A DNA stretch of 64,000 bases from Vulcanimicrobiota bacterium (GTDB lineage Bacteria > Vulcanimicrobiota > Vulcanimicrobiia > Vulcanimicrobiales > Vulcanimicrobiaceae). A program made the position numbers and the translations under genes. The stretch lies in assembly GCA_963714015.1 (NCBI GenBank), contig OY970223.1:2656001-2720000 (forward strand), read 5' to 3'. Shown piece after piece: positions 48,621-59,600 of the stretch. Position 1 is the stretch's first letter. Each line of letters starts with the position of its first letter. A model generated the notes under the pieces. That model had not been told where the DNA came from, did no database searches, and saw nothing but the letters and a program-made list of their open reading frames with translations.

Positions 48621-49019
48621 TTAATCGATCGCCTTGCGGTCGGTGTAGCCTTCGTCCATGGCGTGCCAGTGGGCGATGCGGGGCTCGCCCGCCTTCCAGC
48701 AGAGATAGATGGCGCGCCCTTCGCGCATGGACGGAAAGTCGACCAAGCCGAGATCGATGTCTTTGACGATGCAGCCGTATGCTTCGATGCGGTTGATGAT
48801 GCGCACGATCTCCGCCTTTTGTTCGCTGAACCGTCCGGGCGCAAACGGCGAGCGAGGCGTGGCCATGCGCGAATGCGGCGCCGGTTCGATGCCGCGCAGG
48901 ACCGGATCGTTTTCCAGAAGTCTAATCGCCAAGTCGCGCCGCTTCGTCCACAGCTCTTCCATGAGCGGGGCAACCTTCGGGATGAGGGCGTTGGCCTTTT
49001 CGGGCGAAAAGAGTTTCAT
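48621..49019 (-). CDS. DUF2203 family protein
   Basis: FSPEKANAL..VKDIDLGLVDFP..LCWKAGE..WH. Confidence 0.9.
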   Translation of the reverse strand: MKLFSPEKANALIPKVAPLMEELWTKRRDLAIRLLENDPVLRGIEPAPHSRMATPRSPFAPGRFSEQKAEIVRIINRIEAYGCIVKDIDLGLVDFPSMREGRAIYLCWKAGEPRIAHWHAMDEGYTDRKAID

Positions 49020-49046
49020 GGACTTTGAACGCTCCGGGCGGTGCGG

Positions 49047-49925
49047 ATGACGCGGCTTGTCTTCGTGACCGGACTCTCGGGCGCCGGTAGGAGCCAGGCG
49101 ATGAAGACCTTGGAAGACTTGGGCTTTTACTGTGTAGATAACCTTCCTCCGAAGCTCGTTTGGCAAACCCTCTCGCTCCTGCGCGACGCGCAGATTCGCG
49201 AGGTTGCAATCGCGCTCGACGTCCGCAGCGGCGGCGCGCTCGGCGAGGCGGTACCGCTACTAACGGAGATATCGCGTAACGGAGCGCTCAGTGACTCTTC
49301 GCGAGCCGCCGCACCGGAGATTTTATTTCTAGACGCGCGCGACGATCTGCTGGTCCGCCGGTACAGCGAGACGCGCAGACGCCACCCGTTCGCTTCGAGC
49401 GGGTCCGTGCGAGAGGCAATTGCGATCGAACGATCCACGCTGGCTCCGTTGCGCGCCGTAGCAACCCAGGTCATCGATACCACGAACCTGACGCACGCGG
49501 CCCTGAAGGAGCGACTCGCTTCGGCTTTCGAGCCCTCGCATCCGGAGCGCCAGCTCACGGTGACAATCGTGGCCTTTGGATTCAAGTACGGGCTCCCTCT
49601 CGATCTCGACATGCTCTTCGACGTGCGATTCTTACAGAATCCGAATTACGTCGAGGCGCTGCGGCCGCTCACGGGTGCGGACCCCGCCGTCGAGAAGTAC
49701 ATAGAAAACGATCCTTCCACCGCACCGTTCCTCGAACGTCTCTTCGATATGATGGACTACTTGACGCCCCGTTTCCTGACCGAAGGCAAATCCCAAGCAA
49801 TGATCGGCATAGGGTGCACGGGCGGCCGCCATCGCTCGATCTACGTTGCCCGCAGGCTGTGCGCCCATTTAGAAACCGCCGGCCTGGCCGACGTCTATCT
49901 CGAGACTCGGGACACGACGCGATGA
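49047..49925 (+). CDS. rapZ: RNase adapter RapZ/YvcJ
   Basis: VTGLSGAG, CVDNLP, RYSETRRRHP, FGFKYG, GCTGGRHRS. Confidence 0.96.
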   Translation: MTRLVFVTGLSGAGRSQAMKTLEDLGFYCVDNLPPKLVWQTLSLLRDAQIREVAIALDVRSGGALGEAVPLLTEISRNGALSDSSRAAAPEILFLDARDDLLVRRYSETRRRHPFASSGSVREAIAIERSTLAPLRAVATQVIDTTNLTHAALKERLASAFEPSHPERQLTVTIVAFGFKYGLPLDLDMLFDVRFLQNPNYVEALRPLTGADPAVEKYIENDPSTAPFLERLFDMMDYLTPRFLTEGKSQAMIGIGCTGGRHRSIYVARRLCAHLETAGLADVYLETRDTTR

Positions 49926-51259
49926 TCGAGCGTCTGCCGCCTTTTATGCGCTGGGCTTATCCCGGGCTCGGCGTCAAACGCTGGCTGCTGGTAGCGATTG
50001 CCGGCATTCTGTTGCTGGTCAACGGTGTCGATCGGTATTTGGTCGCCATCGGTTACAATGTTCATGCAAACGAAGTCGTCGACAGCTTCGTCGCGGACTA
50101 TTTTTCACCGAGTTATTTGGCCTGGATCTTCATGGCGCTGGGCATCGCGCTGATCTTCCTGGGCATCCGCCAGTGGCTGCTCGCGATTCTGCGCGCCAGT
50201 GCTGCGGGCGGCGAACGCATCGTGGACACGTTGTACGAAATGCGGTTGCGCAACGGATATAAGATCGTCGCGATCGGCGGCGGTACCGGGCTCTCGACGC
50301 TGCTGCGCGGCCTGAAGCGCAAGAGCACCAATTTGACGGCGCTCGTGACCGTCAGCGACGACGGCGGCAGTTCCGGACGCCTTCAAAAGGAGCTCGGCGT
50401 GCTTCCTCCGGGCGACGTGCGCAACTGCTTGGTCGCGCTCGCGGACGACGAGGCCATGGTAACCGACCTCTTCCGCTATCGCTTTGCGGAAGGTGAAGGG
50501 CTGACGGGTCATTCGTTCGGCAATCTGTTCCTGGCGGCCATGACCGGCATCACCGGCAACTTCGATCGCGCGATCAAAGAGTCGAGCCGCGTGCTGAATA
50601 TCAAAGGCCGCGTTCTGCCTTCGACGCTCGGCATCGTCCGGCTGTGCGCGCGACTGCAGGACGGTACGATCGTCGAGGGCGAGTCGGCAATTTCGCAGTC
50701 GGGTCAGCCGATAAAACAGGTGTTCTTCGACCCGCCCTACGCCGCGCCGCTCACCGAAGCCGTCGCCGCGATTCGCGATGCCGATGCAATCGTCTTGGGT
50801 CCGGGCAGCCTGTACACGTCGATCATTCCGAACTTTCTCGTCGATCGGATCGCGCACGAAGTGGAGCGATCGCAAGCAGTCAAAATCTACGTGTGCAACG
50901 TCATGACGCAGCCCGGCGAAACGGACGACATGACCGCGGCCGATCATTTGGAGGCGCTTCTGGACAACGCCGGAACGCGCGTCTGCGACTACGTCATAGT
51001 CAACGACGAACCGCCTTCGAAGTTGCTCGAAGCGTATGCGGAGGAAGGTCAGGTTCCGGTCAAGCCGGACATCGAACGTATTCGAGCAGCGGGACTCACG
51101 CCCGTTCGCGCTCAGGTCATCAGTGAGACCGCAACGGTACGCCACGACCCGGAAAAACTCGCGCATGTCGTGATCGGCATCATCGACCGCAGCGTCGCAC
51201 AGCGCGCCGCTTACATGCGCCCTGCGCAAGTGTACGAGCAGCGTTCATCGCCCGCTTAG
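49922..51259 (+). CDS. yvcK: YvcK/GlmR UDP-GlcNAc-binding gluconeogenesis factor
   Basis: IGGGTGL, DDGGSSG, PPGDVRN, GPGSLYTS, MTQPGET. Confidence 0.95.
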   Translation: MIERLPPFMRWAYPGLGVKRWLLVAIAGILLLVNGVDRYLVAIGYNVHANEVVDSFVADYFSPSYLAWIFMALGIALIFLGIRQWLLAILRASAAGGERIVDTLYEMRLRNGYKIVAIGGGTGLSTLLRGLKRKSTNLTALVTVSDDGGSSGRLQKELGVLPPGDVRNCLVALADDEAMVTDLFRYRFAEGEGLTGHSFGNLFLAAMTGITGNFDRAIKESSRVLNIKGRVLPSTLGIVRLCARLQDGTIVEGESAISQSGQPIKQVFFDPPYAAPLTEAVAAIRDADAIVLGPGSLYTSIIPNFLVDRIAHEVERSQAVKIYVCNVMTQPGETDDMTAADHLEALLDNAGTRVCDYVIVNDEPPSKLLEAYAEEGQVPVKPDIERIRAAGLTPVRAQVISETATVRHDPEKLAHVVIGIIDRSVAQRAAYMRPAQVYEQRSSPA

Positions 51260-51591
51260 TGCGAGAGCGATACCGTGAGCTGGAGCGGTTTATCCGGAGC
51301 AACGTGCGCGCTGCCCGTATACGCTTTATACGATCCGTTTGCGGTTGAGACTTGATAGTCGATGTCGCCGACCGGAACTTGGGGGAAGGCGAATTTGCCT
51401 TGCGCGTCCGTCGTAGCGGTCAGTACGGTGTCGACGACGACTGTTGCCCCGGCGATGGGCTGGTTCGTCGCGGCGTCGACCACGACGCCTTGCACGGTCT
51501 GATAGGTGCCGCCCGGAGGCAACGAGTTGTCGTTGCACGCCGTGAGCACTGCCAGCGCAAGAAGGACGGTAAAAAGGCGAGCGCGTGTCAT
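51256..51591 (-). CDS. Lipoprotein, carboxypeptidase-regulatory-like domain
   Basis: LTAC lipobox; GVVVDAATNQPIAGATV..TTDAQGKF. Confidence 0.8.
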   Translation of the reverse strand: MTRARLFTVLLALAVLTACNDNSLPPGGTYQTVQGVVVDAATNQPIAGATVVVDTVLTATTDAQGKFAFPQVPVGDIDYQVSTANGSYKAYTGSAHVAPDKPLQLTVSLSH

Positions 51592-51695
51592 CGTCTCCTC
51601 CACTTCTTGCTCCATCTTACCTTCACCGCTCAATGCAACCAAGGGGGGTCCGTCGAAGCCCCTTGGACGAACGCTTTTCCAATGGAGGCCCAAAG

Positions 51696-53096
51696 GTGAC
51701 CACGACCGCGTCGGAACCACAGACCGGCATGCATTATTTCAGAGACGCCCTGGATGCGATCGGGAATACGCCGCTCGTAAAACTGAACAAAGTGACCGAC
51801 GGCGCCGAGTGCTTGGTCCTGGCCAAGGTCGAGTACATGAACCCCGGCGGAAGCGTTAAAGACCGCCCCGCCGTCGCCATGCTCGATGCAGCCGAACGCG
51901 CGGGGATGCTCAAACCGGCCGGGACGATCGTCGAGCCCACGAGCGGCAACACCGGCTCGGGACTGGCAATGGCGGCCGCCATTCGCGGCTACCGCTGCAT
52001 CCTGGTGATGCCCGACAAGATGGCAAAAGAAAAAGTCGACCTTCTGCGCGCTTACGGAGCCGAGGTCGTCGTCACGCCGACGAACGTGCCGAACGACTCG
52101 CCCGAGTCATATTACGGCGTCGCAAACCGCTTGGCGTCGGAGATCCCGGGCGCGTTCCAGCCCAATCAGTTTCACAATCACAACAATCCCGAGGCGCACT
52201 ACCACACGACCGGTCCGGAGATCTGGCGGCAAACCGCCGGACGGATCACGCATTTCGTCGCGGGCATCGGCACCGGAGGCACGATCTCGGGCACCGCGCG
52301 TTATCTGAAAGAGCAGAACGCAAAGATTCACGTCGTCGGCGCCGACCCGGAAGGCTCGATCTATTCGGGCGACACGCCCAAATCGTACGCCGTCGAAGGC
52401 ATCGGCATGTCGTACCTTCCCGAGACCGTAAACCTGAAGGTCATCGACGAAATGGTGCGCGTTCCCGATCGCGACTCGTTTCTGATGGCGCGCCGGATAA
52501 CGCGTGAGGAAGGGCTGCTCGTCGGCGGATCTTCGGGCACGGCGGCGGTCGCAGCCATGAAGCTCGCCAAGACGCTCCCGGCCGACGCCGTTTTGGTCGT
52601 GCTGTTCCCCGACTCGGGCCGCGGTTACATGTCGAAGATTTTCAATGACGAGTGGATGATAGCCAACGGTTTTCTTTCCGAAGGCAAGCGGCGAGCGACG
52701 GTTGGCGACGTGCTGCGCAGCAAACGTCCACTTCCGCCGCTGATTACGGTCAAAGACACCGACGTGGTAAAAGAAGCGCTCGATCTGCTTCGCCAGTATG
52801 AAATTTCGCAGATTCCGGTAATGCGCGGGAACGAGCAGATCGGCAGCATCAACGACGTCGCCGTCATGCAATCCGTATTCGACCGGGCAGACATCATTCA
52901 CAAACCGGTCAGTGAAGTGATGGGGCGTCCATTCCCGCTGCTGGACCAAAGCGAGGAAATCGAACGGGCGTACAAGCTGCTCACGCTTGCCAATCATGCC
53001 GTCGTCGTCACCGACGAAGACGAAGCGATCGGCGTGCTGACGCGGCAGGACATCATTTCGTATCTTTCCGCTGCGAGCGGATCGCCTAAGCCATAG
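51696..53096 (+). CDS. cbs: Cystathionine beta-synthase with CBS domains
   Basis: IGNTPLV, NPGGSVKDR, EPTSGNTG, GIGTGGT; C-terminal CBS pair. Confidence 0.93.
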   Translation: MTTTASEPQTGMHYFRDALDAIGNTPLVKLNKVTDGAECLVLAKVEYMNPGGSVKDRPAVAMLDAAERAGMLKPAGTIVEPTSGNTGSGLAMAAAIRGYRCILVMPDKMAKEKVDLLRAYGAEVVVTPTNVPNDSPESYYGVANRLASEIPGAFQPNQFHNHNNPEAHYHTTGPEIWRQTAGRITHFVAGIGTGGTISGTARYLKEQNAKIHVVGADPEGSIYSGDTPKSYAVEGIGMSYLPETVNLKVIDEMVRVPDRDSFLMARRITREEGLLVGGSSGTAAVAAMKLAKTLPADAVLVVLFPDSGRGYMSKIFNDEWMIANGFLSEGKRRATVGDVLRSKRPLPPLITVKDTDVVKEALDLLRQYEISQIPVMRGNEQIGSINDVAVMQSVFDRADIIHKPVSEVMGRPFPLLDQSEEIERAYKLLTLANHAVVVTDEDEAIGVLTRQDIISYLSAASGSPKP

Positions 53097-53104
53097 GCCC
53101 GGCG

Positions 53105-53920
53105 ATGCTGCACCTGTTGCTGGCCGCGCTGCAAATCACGTGGAGCGGCCCCGGCTTTCCTCCCGGCGTACGGACGACTCCGCCGGTGATCGTGGCGCAA
53201 CCGGTTGCGGGCCGGGTTCCGCAAGGGCACCTTCTGCTTCAGGCGATCGACGGCAGTGCCGCCGTTCCGGCGGAATGGTCCGCAAGACCCGACAATACGC
53301 TAATGTTCAATGACGCCGTCGACAGCAGTGCTGCAACGGGTCCCGGAACCTACGTCGGCATGATGGCGTATCGGGGACCGGCGCAGATCACCGCAATCTA
53401 CAACGGGCGGCGCGCTACGATTGAGGCGTTCGTGTATAACACGGCCACCGCGGCATGCTACATGGGCTTTCCGAACGGCATCCGCTTCGATGACCAGGGC
53501 AACGCCAAGCCGGCCGGACTGCCCCAGGAAAGCGACATATTCACCATCGGACCGCCTAACGAACCGCACATGGATGTGTTTTACGGATGCACCGGCGCGT
53601 TCGCGCGTCCAAGTTCGCCGTACGCGGTACATTTTCCATACGGTGCCCGCGTACTGCGCCGCACATCCGGCGTGTACTTTGGTGATGTACGCGTGACCGA
53701 CTGGCGGAATGACTTTACGATCGCTCCGCCGCTCCAATCCGGTGACATCGTCGTCTTTCGCCTGCACGACGGACGCACCGGCAAGATTTTGGTCGACCCT
53801 CCGGCACAGGGTACGTTCGGCGGAATTTACTTAACCGGACCGCGGAACGGCGATTTCTGGGATTACTCAGTCTATCACCATCTCCAACCGTTGCCGCACG
53901 CAATTTTCGGCCACATCTAG
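53105..53920 (+). CDS. Secreted hypothetical protein
   Basis: Hydrophobic N-terminus; 271 aa. Confidence 0.6.
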   Translation: MLHLLLAALQITWSGPGFPPGVRTTPPVIVAQPVAGRVPQGHLLLQAIDGSAAVPAEWSARPDNTLMFNDAVDSSAATGPGTYVGMMAYRGPAQITAIYNGRRATIEAFVYNTATAACYMGFPNGIRFDDQGNAKPAGLPQESDIFTIGPPNEPHMDVFYGCTGAFARPSSPYAVHFPYGARVLRRTSGVYFGDVRVTDWRNDFTIAPPLQSGDIVVFRLHDGRTGKILVDPPAQGTFGGIYLTGPRNGDFWDYSVYHHLQPLPHAIFGHI

Positions 53921-54270
53921 ATAGGCCAGCGGCTTCTTTAATGAACCGCAAACCGCGTCAACCGGCTCGTCGCAGTTTTAGACGCTCGATTATTGACGCC
54001 GGCTTTTCGCGTGGTACAGCAACGAGCCCCGGCACATCGACATTGTGCTCCTCACGCCGAGCGACGTTCAGCCACGGTCGCGCAAGCGAGTGCGGTGATG
54101 CTCGCGCTCTCGTGCTCCTCCATGCGTGGAAGGCGCATCCTTGAACATTTCGTGGATGGAAAACCGAACCGCTGAACTCCGCGCCGGTCGCTTCCATCAA
54201 TCGACCCGAAGCCGCAGCGTAGAAACTCCAAGTTCCGCTGCTCTCAAACCCACCGACACCTTCCGCCGGC

Positions 54271-55275
54271 TTACGGAATGATCGGAGGATTCACCGCGAC
54301 TGCGCCGGCTTTACCGAAATTAAGGACGCGTACCGGAGCGCCGCCGGCTGGATAATTAAATAGGCCGAGGCCATTCTTGAATATCGGCACCGCCCATAGT
54401 TGGTGTGTATCCGAGGTTAATGAGCATAGAATAGGTCCTTCCCCACTCATCTCCTTCAAGTGAGTCGTGTAGAGCGCTTTTCCCAGGTTGCCGTTTGACG
54501 GATGCGCATAAGTCACGACCAAACCCTGGTTGAGTGTTCCTTCATCCACAAGCAATTCGTTGTTGTTGTTGAACTGCAGAGCCTGCGCGCTGTTGAGAGT
54601 TGGTGTGTACGTCTCTAAGCCTTTCGGCGTGCATTCGCCTGCTACCGATGCGATCGTATATCCGTTCGTTACGACCAAATTAAAATAGAGAACGCCAGAT
54701 GCGTCGAAAGCAGGCGTTCCATTAAAATATCCGCCTCCAATCGGTACTGATACTGACGAACACGGCGTGGTTTGGCCACGTCTGAAAAACGATATGGAAC
54801 CATCGTACTCAGGGTCCGATGGAAGTATAGCCGCAGCAAAGACGCCGGTCTTATTGTCTACGGCAACCCCGCTAAGAACGCCGACACTCTCAAAAGAAAT
54901 CTCCGTTGGTTTAGTGGTGTACGGCGGCTTATAAATTCTTAGCCAGTCATGATACATGTTCGAGCTGCCATCATAAATATCGCCGGCGGCATCCATGGCA
55001 AGGTAGCCGTTCGGCGCATCGATGCTCCCTATGTGCTTATACTTTGCATCGAGCAGCAGAATTGAATGGTTGCCACTATCCACCGCGACAGCCGGCAAGG
55101 TAGACGACGAATACCGCACGCTTTCCGCGTCAGACGACATCTGGTACTTTGCCGGCAGCGTTCCGGTTTCGCGCGCACTACAACCCACAATCAACGAAGC
55201 GCACAGCGCAGCAGCTCCTAAGCGTGCGGTGAACTTCGCAATATTCGGGTCGGCTGCGCGTCGAATGACGGTCAT
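54271..55275 (-). CDS. Lipoprotein, beta-propeller-like
   Basis: IVGC lipobox; repeats LAMDAAGDIY, GVAVD, AFDASGVLY. Confidence 0.75.
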   Translation of the reverse strand: MTVIRRAADPNIAKFTARLGAAALCASLIVGCSARETGTLPAKYQMSSDAESVRYSSSTLPAVAVDSGNHSILLLDAKYKHIGSIDAPNGYLAMDAAGDIYDGSSNMYHDWLRIYKPPYTTKPTEISFESVGVLSGVAVDNKTGVFAAAILPSDPEYDGSISFFRRGQTTPCSSVSVPIGGGYFNGTPAFDASGVLYFNLVVTNGYTIASVAGECTPKGLETYTPTLNSAQALQFNNNNELLVDEGTLNQGLVVTYAHPSNGNLGKALYTTHLKEMSGEGPILCSLTSDTHQLWAVPIFKNGLGLFNYPAGGAPVRVLNFGKAGAVAVNPPIIP

Positions 55276-55313
55276 TTACGCTCCCTTACCTGACGTGGCT
55301 TTCCGAATCAGGT

Positions 55314-56527
55314 TGATCTAACCCCATTCGCTAGGCCGCTTCAAATTGTGGCGTAGTGTTTTGGGTCGATTCGCGATAACGGCGCGCAAATTCTGCCGGC
55401 GTAAGATAACCCAGCGAACCATGAGGCCGATGCGTGTTGTATCGAATGCGCCAGCGCTCGGCTTCAGTCCGAAGGTCACCGAGAGTCAAGAACCAGTGTT
55501 CATTGAGCAACTCATCACGTTGGCGTGCGTTGAAACTCTCGATCTTTCCGTTCTGCGTCGGTTTTCCGGGTTCAATGAAGTGCAACTTCACGTTTCGTTC
55601 TGCACCCCAGCGCAGCATTGCAAGGCTTGAAAATTCGCTGCCGTTGTCAAATTTCACGGTTTGCGGAAACCCGCGCTCTTTGGCGATACGCTCAAGCGCC
55701 ACAATAACGCGGCGAGAAGGCAGCGATGAGTCGACCTCGATCCGCAGGCATTCGCATGTGAAGTCGTCGATGATATTGAGCAGCCTGACTTTGCGGCCGT
55801 TGGCCAGCGAATCGTGAACGAAATCCATAGACCACCGTTCATTCGGCCTGGTAACGGTCGGCGATTCGCGACCACGCTCGTAGCGCACATGCCGTTTCTT
55901 TCGCTTTCGAACTTGCAGGCCGGCGGCACGGTACACGCGATAAAAGCGCTTGTGATTCACCTGAATCGCATAGTCGCGCTTGAGCAGAAAATGCAGCACG
56001 CGATAGCCCGAGCGCCGATTCTGGTCAACGAGTCTGCTTCATCGGCTCGAGCAGTGCCGCATCATCCGCTTTTCGAGCCCGGTACTGCGCGGTGGATCGC
56101 GCACATGCCACGAGTTGGCATGCACGCCGCTCGCTATAACCGCGCTGGCCTTTGAGCTCTTGCACGGCCGCGCGGCGCCGGGCAGAGCTTACCATTTTTT
56201 TTCATTCAAATATTTGAGGGCATCGATGTCCATCGCTTGGTTTGCCACGATGCGCTTGAGCCGGGCGTTTTCTTCCTGGAGTGCTTCATGCGCACGACGT
56301 CGCTGACTTCAAGGCCGCCGTACTTGGCCTTCCAGTTCCGCAGCGTATTGGGATGGATGCCGTGCTGCCGGCAGATCTCGCTGGTCTTGCCGGTCGCGTC
56401 GTGCTCCTTCAGAATCGCGACGATCTGCGACTCGGTGAAGCGGGATTTCTTCATCCTGGTCTCCTTGCGAGGCGTTTTGCCTCAGAGACCACAATTTCAT
56501 TTGGCCCGATTTTCGGGGGCTAGATCA
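55314..56527 (-). mobile_element. IS3-family insertion sequence
   Basis: IRs TGATCTAACCCC../..GGGGCTAGATCA; 4-bp TSD AGGT; orfA HTH; A8 slippery site near 56195; orfB DDE. Confidence 0.95.
55331..56454 (-). CDS. IS3 transposase OrfA/OrfB (with extra indels)
   Basis: MKKSRFTESQI; WSMDF, DNGSEF, PGKPTQNGKIESFN. Confidence 0.9.
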
Positions 56528-56552
56528 AGGTCAAATCGACATGTGTGCTGGC

Positions 56553-57478
56553 TCATGGGATGATCGGAGGATATACCGTGACGCCACCCACGGCATAGAA
56601 GTTAAAGAGCCGCGCAGGCGCGCCGCCCGCCGGGTAGTTATATAAGGCAAGGCCCTCGCCGAATACACGCGAAGCCCACAACTGGCGCGTATTGGAAGCG
56701 AACGAATACATTATCGGCGCTCTGCCGTCAATCTGTTTCAGAAAAGTCTTGTAAAGAACTTTTCCAGCTCCCCGCTTGATGGATGCGCGTACGTCACGAC
56801 TGAGGCCTTGTAAATCGTTCCTTCATTAATGACTAGTTCATTCTTGCTGTTGAACTGCAAAGGCCCAGGGTTCGAAAGATTCGGGCTGTACGTGATTATA
56901 TCTTTCGGCGTGCACTGACCCGCAAGCGACGCAACCGCAAATCCTTCACTTAAACTGACGAAAAAGTACAAGCTGCCCAACGCGTCAAAGGCGGCCTCAG
57001 AAATATACTCACCGGTTGGTAATTGTACCGAAGCGCACGGTGTCATGCGACCATGCCGGAAAAACAATATGGCTCCGGTAGAATCTGGATTCTGAGGAGA
57101 GGTCGTCACGGCAAAAACGCCGTTCTTGATATCTACCGCGAGACCGCTAATACCACCGACATCGTCAAAGGAGATTTCCGTTGGGGTGCTCCTGTATGGT
57201 GGTTGGTAGATTCTTAGTACGTCATCGCTTTGATAGCTGGCATCATAAATGTCGCCAGCCATATCCATAGCGAGGAAGCCCGCGGGAGCATCAACGCTCT
57301 GAACTTTCTTAAATGTCGAATCGAGCAGTAGGATCTTGTTATTTCCGCTATCTATTACGACTGCAGGCACAAAAGACGCTCCCGGTCCGACGTTTTGCGC
57401 TCGGCTCATCATCTTGTCTTTTGTTGGCGGCATGGCGATTTCGCGCGCGTCACAGCCGGCAATCAACGAACCGCACAA
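56553..57478 (-). CDS. Paralogue of the 54271-55275 lipoprotein (frameshifted)
   Basis: IAGC lipobox; PAVVIDSGN, LAMDMAGDIYD; the end YPAGGAP..PPIIP lies in another frame. Confidence 0.7.
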
Positions 57479-57537
57479 TACGGGATCACGTACATTTCAT
57501 GGCCGCGTGAAGTATTTCGTGGTATTATTGAAAGCCG

Positions 57538-58248
57538 ATGACGGTTTCGGCACAGACGAAATATTCGGCGGACCCAAACGTCGCCCATGTAGCATCGCTC
57601 ATAGGGGATCCGGTTCGCGCGGCAATACTATTCGCGCTTCTTGGAGGCGGAGAATTGACCGCGTCGGAGCTCGCGTTCCGGGGTGGTGCGTCACCGCAAG
57701 CATGCAGCGCGCACCTGAAGAAGCTCATCGAGGCCGACTTGCTTGCGGTTCGCGTCGCAGGCCGGCAGCGTTTATTCCGCATTGCCTCAATTCACGTGGC
57801 CGAGGCGATGGAAGCGCTCGCACTTGTCGCTCGGCCCACACCCCTCGTCGCACTCTCTCAAAGCTCCGCAGTTGCTCGACTCCGTGAAGCGCGTTCCTGC
57901 TACGATCACCTTGCCGGGCGGCTCGGCGTCGCCCTCGCCGACCGCTTCGTTGAGATGGGCGCGCTTTGCGCCGTTGGATCGCGTTTGGAATTGACGAGCA
58001 ACAGCGAAAACATCTTCTCCGAAGTCGGGATCGACGTCGCAAATGCTCGCGCAGGCCGGCGACCAGTCGTGCGGGCTTGCATCGATTGGACCGAGCGTCG
58101 ACGCCATGTGGCGGGTGCGTTGGGCGCGTTGATTCTCGAGTGTTTCCTCAGCCGGCGATGGGTCGTACGCAGCGATCGCGACCGTTCGCTGCACGTTACA
58201 CCTTCCGGGCGTCTGGCACTCGAGCGTAGTTTTCACATTCGGACATAG
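57538..58248 (+). CDS. ArsR-family transcriptional regulator
   Basis: [34 protein letters not shown]. Confidence 0.9.
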   Translation: MTVSAQTKYSADPNVAHVASLIGDPVRAAILFALLGGGELTASELAFRGGASPQACSAHLKKLIEADLLAVRVAGRQRLFRIASIHVAEAMEALALVARPTPLVALSQSSAVARLREARSCYDHLAGRLGVALADRFVEMGALCAVGSRLELTSNSENIFSEVGIDVANARAGRRPVVRACIDWTERRRHVAGALGALILECFLSRRWVVRSDRDRSLHVTPSGRLALERSFHIRT

Positions 58249-58266
58249 GGGCGCCAAGCCAACACT

Positions 58267-58693
58267 TCAGGCGTCGGCCGAAATCTCGGAAGCGCGGTTG
58301 AACGTTCCCTCGACGAGCCACACGAAGTTGCGCTCCTCGCGGAGAATAACGCGTTTGGATTGCGGCCATCTGAAAATTGTCACGCGCCTGCGCATCGGCT
58401 CGTAGACGCGTTTTGTAACGCTCGTATTCCGCGAGGCTCGAAAATGCAATCAGTCCCCAACCGACGTCACTGGTTCCCTCGTACGGAAGATAGTAGCCGA
58501 TCAAATGGCCACCGCATCGCGGAACGATCGCGCCCCAATTCTGGGCATACTTGTGGAACGCGTCACGCTGCCCGGGATCGATTTGATACCGAATCACGCA
58601 AAGGATATTCGTCGCCGGCTCGGCCTTCGTTGCAGTCACGGCCGTCTTCGACAGCCGCTTCATTCCCTGATTTTCATCATTGCCTTTCTTCAT
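58267..58693 (-). CDS. NIPSNAP family protein (frameshifted; start uncertain)
   Basis: [36 protein letters not shown] in the next frame. Confidence 0.8.
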
Positions 58694-58780
58694 TCTCCAA
58701 CCCTATCATGCGGTCGTTTCACGGTGAGTTGAAGCGTACTGCGAACGTCTCTTCAGTGCCGCGTGAACCGTTCCAATACT

Positions 58781-59533
58781 ATGATGTATTTCGTGAAGAA
58801 AATCGGCCTCGTCGGCGGCATCGCGTGGCTTTCGACCGCTGACTATTACAGTGGGCTCTGCAAGCTCAGCGAGCGGTATCACCGCGAACTCGGTTTGGAC
58901 GAGCCGCTTCCTACGCCGGAAATGACCATTGAATCGCTCGATTTGCGCAAGGCCGTCGCTCGGCTAGGCGTCGCGAACGATGAACCGTCATGGCGAGCGT
59001 TCGATGAGTATCATCGCGCTGCTTTAAAGCGTTTGGCGGCAAGTGAGGTGCAGGTGGCCGCTATCGCGAGCAATACACCGCACTGCCGTTTTGACCAAAT
59101 CACGACCGGCATTGACATTTGTGTCGTCAACCTGTTTGAGGCGGTTGCGGCTGAGTGCGCGCGGCAGTACGTCGCTCGCGCCGTTATCCTCGGAACGAAG
59201 CTTACCATGATGTCATCGACGTTGCCGGCGATGCTGGCAACGTATGGTATTGAAGCCATCGTGCCGGAAACGCAAACGCAAGACCGAGTCGCAGGTTTAA
59301 TCGGGCGCCTGCAGCGCGGGCTGGTTTCCGGCGAGTTGAAAGAGATTCATGATATCGTCCAAAGCGTTTGCGGCCATCGCGGCACGAATGGAGCAGCGGT
59401 GTGTTTATGCTGTACGGAACTGCCTCTAGCCTTTACTGGGCAGCGCTTCGAAGATTCATTTGTCGATCGAGGCGTACTCTTCGTAAACAGCGCAGCTGTT
59501 CACGTTTCGTCAATTTTTCAGGCGAGTCTGTGA
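58781..59533 (+). CDS. Asp/Glu racemase family protein
   Basis: KKIGLVGG..STADYY, ASNTPH, CCTELP. Confidence 0.85.
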   Translation: MMYFVKKIGLVGGIAWLSTADYYSGLCKLSERYHRELGLDEPLPTPEMTIESLDLRKAVARLGVANDEPSWRAFDEYHRAALKRLAASEVQVAAIASNTPHCRFDQITTGIDICVVNLFEAVAAECARQYVARAVILGTKLTMMSSTLPAMLATYGIEAIVPETQTQDRVAGLIGRLQRGLVSGELKEIHDIVQSVCGHRGTNGAAVCLCCTELPLAFTGQRFEDSFVDRGVLFVNSAAVHVSSIFQASL

Positions 59534-59600
59534 GAAAATCATCATGACCCGGTCGACGAACCGCGGCGCTTGCATTGCGCATTTGGGCGTCCGCAAGTAT

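Noticed and set aside
53925..54265. Possible gene remnant or ncRNA
   Set aside because: No recognisable motif or convincing ORF.
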